Assembly (NCBI GenBank): GCA_001275005.1
Contig: JWZX01003356.1
Span: 1 to 48,837, forward strand
Direction: 5' to 3'
Length of the DNA: 48,837 bases
From: Chrysochromulina tobinii
Taxonomy: Eukaryota
The first letter of the stretch is position 1, and every line of letters starts with the position of its first letter. The translations under genes and the position numbers were made by a program. This document shows, one piece after another, positions 9,901 through 18,403 of this stretch. Under the pieces are notes generated by a model that was not told the DNA's origin, made no database searches, and worked only from the letters and a program-made list of their open reading frames with translations.

Positions 9901-12900
9901 TAGTGGCGCAACACCACCAGACATAACCGCCTCTTTTTGATGTTTGGCATCGTCGCTTCGCTTCCCTTCACCGTCGTTGTTGTCGCGCAACGCAGTGCCT
10001 GCACGCTGGCGCACGTTCGCGTCATCGTCACCGAGGAGTGTGACAAGTTGCTGGGTTACCTGGACGCGCAATTCGCTCGACATTCGGGCGATCTGGGTGA
10101 GTGCCATCGATGCCATCTGCTGTGCGGCTTCGGTCCCACTTCGGAGTAGCCGCACGAGCTGAAAGATGGCCTGCGTGCGGGAAATGGCGTCCCTGTAGTC
10201 CCTTTGAAGTGTCATCGAGTAGAGCACTCGAGTTGCGTGCTCTTGCGCCTCGATCCGCAGCTTGGCCACGTCATCCCCCGATGTGGCAGCCTCCTTCATC
10301 TCATGCGGGTCTGACAAACTGGCGAGCATTGCAACAATCTTGTTTGCAATGTTGAACTGATTGGAGGGATTGTCGATTCCAAGGGTAAGGAGGGCACCCT
10401 CGACCGACCTCTTTGCCGCCTCAGAGCAAGGGCTCTCAAAAAGCGGAATGAGAAGGGAAATGCCGTCCGAATCAGCAATCTGCTCTCGGTTCTCGGGCAA
10501 CAAAGCTAAGCTCTCGAGTGCCCCGGCCGCCGTATCCTGAGCATTGTTGTTCTTGGCCGGCTTCAGCAACTCGGTGAGCTTTGGAATGCCACTCGCACCA
10601 GCTTGCTCAAAGTAAGCTTCGCCAGACCTGATGAAGCTGTCAATCTTGAGATCCCTCACATTGAACTTGCCGATTTCCTCTACAGTGAAGACCAGCGTCC
10701 GAAGCAAGGCCGCTGCCAGCTCGTCATTCTTGATCTCAGTACCCTCCGTCGGCTTCTCAGAGCCTACGTTCCTCCACTTTGACCCAGGTGGAGCCTCGGC
10801 AATGAGTCGCTGGTTGCCCGCGTCAGCGGCGAGCTTCCACAAAGCGCCCGCTGCATCACGTCGCACCTCGGGGTGATCACTAAGCATCGCGATCAGCAGC
10901 GGAATAGCACCTGCTCGGGCAATCGACTTCTGATTCAAGCTATTCGCGTCCGCGAGCGCCCATAATGCCGATGCAAGCTCTCGCTGCGTCAAGTGGTGCT
11001 TGCCGTCTCCCTGATCAGCCGCCATACTCTCCTGCTTGCTGCCGAGCATCCTGCTGACATCTACTGACATCTTCTCTTGATGCACCCTCGGCTCCAAATG
11101 CGAGACGATCAGCTCGATGCCACCAGCGGCGGCCACTGCGTCTTGATTGGAAACGTCTGCACGGGCGAAGTTTGCAACCGCCCGCGCAGCTTTTTCGCGC
11201 GTGGAACTCTCCTTCTTAGAGGTAGCGAGCTGCTTGACAAGCTTTTCCGCAAGCGACTTTGTGTTATCGTCATTGTTCTGTGCAAGGCTTGCGATTGCAC
11301 CAGACGCCTTCTGCTGGCCGAGCTCTAAGTTGGAGTGGCCGGCCATGATGACCAGTGCTTCCAGGCCATCAGCATTGGCGATGGCCTGCTGATTAGAGAA
11401 GTTCTTGTCAGCGAGACTCCACAGCGTGCTGGCAGCAGCCACTTTGGCATCTTCGGAGCTATCCGTCACAAGCTGGATGAGCGGTTGGATGCCACCGCAG
11501 GCTGTAATCGCCATCTGGTTATTTGAGTTCCCTCGTGCAAGTTCCGACAGGGCAGCTGCGGCCATCGATTGCACCAATTCATAGTCACCCTCGAGAACGA
11601 CAACTGCCTTCTCTGCGACGACTGCTCGGAGTCGATCCCACAGAAGGCCGGGGCTGATCCGGTCGTTGGACGATGAAATTGATGGCCGATTCAGCAAACC
11701 GACCAGTAGCTCCACCCCGCCTGCTTCCTTGATACTATCTTGGTTATCCTTGCCACCTGCGGCAATAGCGGCGAGCGCACGTGCCGCCGTCTTCTGCGCA
11801 TGATTGCTTTGTGTCTTGATAAGTGCCACGAGCGGCACAATAGCCCCTGAAGAGCCAACCTGCTGCGCATGCTCTACCGCAATGCTTCCGAGCGTATCGG
11901 CTGCGTTCGCCTTGGTGCTTACGTTTGTGCTTGTCGAAAGAAGGCTCACTAATAAATTGATGCCACCCTCCGATGCCACCTTTGCTGCATGCCCCAATGA
12001 TACGCGCGACATGTCTGCAAGCACTGCACTCGCATTGTGCTGCGTGCCTGCGTTATCCTCGCCGAGCAGAGCCACTAGCGGCGAAATGCCGTTCGCATTT
12101 GCGATCTCGGTGACGTTCTGCTCCATATCGCCCGACAGTTTGGACAGCACAGCGGATCCCAGCATCCTTACCTTCGCTGACGCGCTCTGCAGCTGCATGA
12201 CAAGCATTCGAAAAGGACCTGCGTTAGCTATGGCAAGCCGATTCGTCTTCACTGACTCGAGGTCCGCATCCGCACCGGCCGAAGTCAGATCGAGCAAAAG
12301 CTGCGTCACATACTCCTGCGCCTGATCGGTGCCCACTCCGAGCAGCGCCACCAGGCCGATGGCGATCGCGATCTGATTAGCGGGGCCACTATTCGCAAGT
12401 GTGTGAAGAGTAGTTGCGGCCTGGTTGCGCCCAAAATCAGACTTGCCATTGCTCAACACCGACACAAGAGGAAGGATAGCTCCAGCATTTACGATGACTA
12501 TAGGCGCACCAGGGTGCGATGCAAGGGCCTGCAGATCGGAGGCTGCTAGCGACACAACTGCAGCGTCGTCGTGATCCAGGAGACCGACCAACCTTTTGGC
12601 AATCTGTGCCTGGTTGTCTGAATTGCCGATAGCCATGCGAGTGAGCGCTTTGGAGGCGAACTTCTTCGCCTCCGGGGTGCCATCGGCCAGCATTGAGACG
12701 AGCGGCTTGATGGCACCATTCGCGGCCAGTGCCACTTGATTCTCACGATCGAGAGCCAGATGCCAGATCGCGGCCGTGGCCTTCTCCTTGCCTTGTGTCG
12801 TGCCGCTCTCGCAGATCTTGACCAACGGCACAATGCCACCAGCATCGTTGATGGCCAACAATCGATTTGCTTTTCTTCTCATTTTGGTTGCTTCCTTATC

Positions 12901-15900
12901 ATCGCCGTCTGCTTCCTCACCCAACGTTTGTCTGACTTTTGATGGGTCGTCTGCTTCCTCAACTTCCAATAGCTCGGTGTCAGCTGGCGGCACCTCTTCA
13001 TCCATGCCCCCAGTTGTTTTCCTTTCTCGCTCGACTATCCCACCATACGCTAGCTCAGCCAGAGCCGCAGCAGCAGGCATGGCATATTGGGCTGTGGGGC
13101 TGCCATTCTTCAACAACAGGACAAGATCGACGATTGCTGATTTCTGTACAAGTAGTCGCTGATTCTCGATCGAGGAGGCAAGGTACCAGAGCGCACGTGC
13201 TGAGAATTCTTGAGCTTGTAGGCTGCCACTGCGTACGAGCGAGAGCAGTGGTGCCACGCCCTCTTGCTCAATGATAGCGTCCTGCAGGTCCCGGTCTCCA
13301 AAAGCTAGATCCGAAAGGGTGCTCGCTGCCTGTTCTTGCATACCGATTCGGACACCAAAATCGACCTGGCCACCGGGAAAGATTGCTTGGCTCTCCAAGC
13401 AACCTTCGATGCCGATGCGGAGCGCAACCCAGCCTCCAATGACGAGCGGTTTCTGGACATTCTCCTTTCCGCACAGGTTGGAGCCGTCCAACATGTTGAT
13501 GAGCGCTTTCACGCCGCCGGCCGCTTTTATGGCGGCGCGCCTCCTGGCGCCACCCTCTTGGGAAGTGTGGCCCTCAACCCCCTTTTTGTCCTCTTGGGAA
13601 TTGGAGCTTCGCTCCGCTGTAACGGAAGCTTCTGGAGCAGGCAAGCTCATGTCCTCTTTGACAGTATCCCCCACACCTGAAGGCGTTGCATCGATAAGCT
13701 GCTGCTCCTCGCCATTGTCTGCCGCCTCGTAGACCTCGACATCATCGCCGTTGTCACGAGCAAGGCAACCGAGCGCGCGGGCCGCCGTCTCAGGTGTCCC
13801 AAGCATTTTGCTCACGAGTAGCTTGATCAGGGGTCGAATGCCTCCCATTTTCACGATGTCGTCCCGATACCTCGAGACGGCGCCTATCGCAGCCAGACAT
13901 GCTGCGGCCATTTGTTGCGTTGCCATAGTTACGGAGTCGAGCAGCATTACGAGAGGCTTTATGCCACCAGCGTCAGCGATGGCATTTGCTGCCCGTGTGC
14001 TCCCTTCGGCAAGGCGGAGCAGGGTCATAGAAGAGATCTGAGGCGCACGATCGCTGTCGGCGATGAGCATTCTCACAAGAGGACCGAATCCCTCGGCCTG
14101 AGCGATGCGCACACGATTCTCTGACATAGTCGCCAAGTGCCAGAGTGCGGAAGCTGCGTTTTCCTGGGCAGGAAGGCTGCCCTTTGCGATGAGTGACACA
14201 AGCGGTTTGATCGCGTTCATGCTGCCTATCAGCGCCTGCGTACTAGAATTATTGCTTGCCACCGCGAGCAACGCCCGTGCCGCCTGCACCTGCACCTCTT
14301 CCTCCGGGGCCTCGAGCCATGGAATCAGCGGCTGAATTCCAGCCATCTTTGAGAAAGCGATCTGGTTCTGCTGCTCGTTGTCGCAGAGCGTCGCCACAGC
14401 ATACAGAAGCCTCACCGCACGTGCCGGCTGGGCGCCCTTATTGCTGATGGCCGTGACAATACGCTTCGTAATGACTGCGCAATTGTCTGAGTGCTCCCTT
14501 GCGAGTGCCGTGAGCGCGCCAGCCGCATTCGTCAAAGACGTGTCGGAGGTTCCAAACATGAGCATATTGACCAGAGGTTCGATGCCTCCCAATTTAGCAA
14601 TCGTCGCCTGGTTCGGGGCATTTGAGGTGGCGCACGCCCAGAGCGCTGCCGCCGCCGCCTCCCTTGTCTCCGGCATACCCGCTTCGCGCACCAAGTTGCA
14701 CAGTGGCGCGATTGCACCCGCGCGAGCAACGGCGCCCTGACTCTCAGGGTGGTTACGTGCGAGGGCAGCAAGTGCACCAGCCGCGTTCATCTGCATCTCG
14801 GGAGCTGGGTTGCCGAGCAACGCAACTACCGGAGGGACTGCACCCTCCTTCAGCAACAAGGTCTGATTAGATAGATTGTTGTCAGCCACATTCCAAATCG
14901 CCGACGCAGCGAGCATGCTAATCTGCTGTTGTGCGAGCTCCTTGGAGTTGCTCGATGCCTCCGTAAGCGTACTTACCAGTCTCGGTATGCCTCCATGCTG
15001 AGCGATCTCTTTTTGATTGTCTGGGTTCTTCAAGGCAAGCTGAGCCACCGCGCTGACCGCATTCTCCTTGGCCTTTAACGACGTGCTGCTAAGAAGGTCC
15101 AGCAATCGAGGGATACCCCCCGCGTCGAGGATGCTCTTGCGGTTGTCGGTCGATTCGCGGGCGAGATTGGCCAAAGATTGGGCAGCCTGCTCTTGGGCGG
15201 CTTGGCCACTGTTCTCGTGGAGCATGCCGACGAGCTGCTGGATGATGGGCACGCGATTGACATCCTCAATCGACAAGCGCACGAGTGCTCCCTCGGCATG
15301 CATACTAGCCTTTTTGTTAGAGCAACCCAGCAGCTCAACAAGAGGGCCGATTCCGCCATGGTCGGTGATCGACTTGCGGTTGATCGAGATGTCAGCGAGC
15401 GCCCACAGGGCGTGTGCTGCCTCCTCCTGCGCCTCAAGTCCGAGCTCACCATTGAGCAGCTCCACTAGCGGGCCGACTGCGCCCGCATTTGCGATCTTCT
15501 CGGCTTTGGTGTAGAGTCGTTGGCAGCGCTGTCCATACTCGTGCAACAGCTTCTCGAGTTTCCTCTGTTGCAGCAGGAGCATTCCTGCAGCAACTTCTTC
15601 GAGCACATCAATATCCTGCTGATCATCACTCTTCTTCTTCATCCTGTCGCGCAGCTCCTGAAACTCCTTCTCCAGGGCCTCTCGCTGCTGCCGCTCTACT
15701 TCGTCGGCCGCTAGCCGCGCAAGCGCAGCGGCCGCATATTGTTTCGAACCGAGATGCTGATGCCCATCACTCAGCAGCCCAACAAGTGGTTGAATGCCGC
15801 CGCCTCGATCGATTGCTACCTTGTTAACTTGTATCAACGCAAGGTAGGAGAGGGCCGCTGCGGCATATTCTTGCGACCGGTCAAAAGAGTCGGCATCAAG

Positions 15901-17634
15901 CAGCGCTATAAGTGGCTCGATGGCACCCTGCGCAGCAACGGCCTGTTGCGTCTCGGCATTGCCGTGTGTCAGCAATTTGATCGCGCGTGCCGCCTGCTCG
16001 CTCACCCCTCGGTCGAGGGCGCTCAGCATATGCACGAGCGGTCGGATGCCACCAGCATTTGTCACAATCTTCTGGTTCGACGCGTCAATCGAGAGAGAGA
16101 GGCTCCACAGTGCGTATGCTTTGGCGCGCGGCTGTTTGCTGTGCAGCAGCCGCACTAGCGCTTCTGCATCTCCAGACTTGGCAATGACACTCGCGCTGTC
16201 AGGATTTTCACGGACGATACGCCATAAGAGTTCAGCCGCGCGATTGCTCGTGTCTGCCATGTGATCTTCGAGCTTGCCGACCAGGAGCGCACATGCTTCC
16301 TCCTGGTTGATTTCATTCTGCAGGGCCAGCGAAGCGATCGCATTGGCCATCAATATCTGCGCTTTCTCGTTCTGCGAGCCAATTAGTGGAATCAGACCGG
16401 GAATGGCGCCCGAACCCTTGATGGCAACCTTGTTGGCTGGATGATCCTCCGATAGAGACCATAGCGCACCAGCTATCTCCGCTTCTACCATCGGCGCATT
16501 GCAGTTGCGCAACAGATTAACGAGCGATGGAAGTGCGCCTGCCCCCGCGATGGCCGTCTGGTTCTCGTAATTGTGCCGGGCGATCTCAGCAAGAGCGAGC
16601 ACTGTCTGCGCCTGCACGTCTGCTGGGTAGGCACTACCTGCCTGCGTTATGCTCACAAGCGGCATGATCCCGCCCAATGCGGCGATCTCTACCTGGATAT
16701 CGTGATGGTTCTGCGCGATCATCGCGATTGCATTGATTGCACTGCGCTGTGTTGGCGTGTAGCGTGACTCGACTAGCGCGAGGAGTGGCCGGATGCCGCC
16801 TGCCTTGGAGATCGTGTCTTTCTCCTCACGGCTGTCGCCGCTCGCTACGGCGGCTATTGCCGCTGCCGCACTTGCCTGTGCATTGGTGTTGACAACGTTG
16901 AGAAGCGCAACCAGCTTCGGGATCCCATTCAACCTGGTTACCTCGGCCTGGTTATCCTCGTGGCCATAGGTTAGTTTCGCTAAGGCATGGGCCACCGCCT
17001 CCTGTGTCACTCCGCTCCCGAGCTTGTCGAGGAGCAATTCCAGTGCGCCCGTGCGGGCGATCGCAGACTGGCCTTCCGGATTGTTCTCTGCAAGATAAGC
17101 GAGCGCGTTCGACACGTGCACCTGAGTAACATCGCTTGCGTCCTTCAGCAGCTTGATCAGCGACGGGATAGCACCGACCTTGATGAAGCTGCGACGTGAT
17201 GCCTCGAGTTGCGACAAGCAAGACACAGCGAAGGCCGCCTGTTCCTGTAGGCCTGAATCACCACCTCGAAGTGCGCTTGCGATTGGTAGCACACCGCCCG
17301 ATTCCACGATGGCTTCCTGGTGGCTAGTGTGGCCGTTGGCGATATTCGCGAGCGCTGCGCAGGCGTGCTTCTGTGCGACTGGGCTGCCAATGACTGTGAG
17401 CGACACCAGTGCTTTGATGCCGCCTGCTTTAGCGATCATGACCACGGGGTCTTCATTTTCCTCGGGCCCCCCAAGGCCCTTAGCCTGCTCAGTGAGGCTG
17501 CGAAGGAACATCGCCGCGCGCTCCTTGACATCCATATTTCCCGTCCGCACCTCACCAAGTAGCTTTGCGATCAGCCCCGTCAAGCCACCGGCCTGCGCGA
17601 CGTCACGCGCATTCACGCGCCGCACGTGTGCCAT
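6910..17634 (-). CDS. Giant armadillo-repeat protein (3574 aa) with C-terminal CAP-Gly domain
   Basis: Single uninterrupted 10.7-kb ORF with dozens of ARM motifs (IAxAGGIxPLVxLL..G....QE.AA.ALW.LA). CAP-Gly at ~7570-7365 ([46 protein letters not shown]), then a basic low-complexity tail. Confidence 0.93.
   Translation of the reverse strand: [3574 protein letters not shown]
10601..10790 (-). other. Unrecognised ~60-aa domain inserted within an ARM repeat (homologue at 42088-42450)
   Basis: [62 protein letters not shown] interrupts the ARM motif QRLIAEA / GIPKLTELL. Confidence 0.75.
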
Positions 17635-18403
17635 AGCTCAAGGAAATGTTGATCGTACGCGGCTGTGCAGCAGGCCATCACCAGACGACGTGCCAGCAGC
17701 GGAATGATTGGCCGTGTGTGGTTGGATTGTTGGCCAGGCTTGGTTTCGGCGAGCGCCCAAACACATCTCAGGGGTCCGAAACAATGTTTTTGCTGCCGCG
17801 CCGCGTGCATACTGTTTTAAAACACCGGGGGAATCCGGAAAAAAAACACCGTTGGAGCCGGGACACACAAGCCGGTACTCCATCCTTGCAATAGGGTAAG
17901 TACCTGTATCTCAAACTACCCACAGGTCGGGTCTTAGCTGCGCCGGCCCTGCGGGCCAGCCTGCGCAGCACCTGCGCACCGCGTAGGCCGTAGCGTTGTC
18001 GCGTTGTCCGTTGCGGAGCGTTTTTCTTTTTGAGCGTTCGTGTGTACCCTACCGATGTCTTGTCGACCTCTCAGGTTGCACTGCGGTAATCACACTTCTC
18101 TCGACTCTCCGACCGATGACGCGCAACACCCGACGAACCGACGTACACCCGGGACGTCAACGCCGGATGCCCCCCGCCACTGTGTGACTGTATCTCTCGC
18201 GTCTCGGCGAGGTCTCGGCGCGCGCTCCACGCTGGCGCTCTATCACATCGGTTCATGCCCCGCGCCACGAACCCACGATGACCTTGTCGCTTTCGATCTT
18301 CGGTCCGTGAGCGTCGATCCAAGGCTCCCGCGTCCACCCCGCAAGCCATCGCCAGCTGGCAACCACTTCTGGCCCCCTTCACTCGCGGCGACATCGTGCT
18401 TGC

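Noticed and set aside
10601..10790. Intein or intron explanation for the inserted domain
   Set aside because: No N-terminal Cys/Ser with C-terminal His-Asn, no frame-preserving GT-AG pair noticed, and conservation is at protein level.
6929..17707. Many plus-strand ORFs opposite the ARM gene
   Set aside because: Antisense shadows of a long GC-rich coding sequence.
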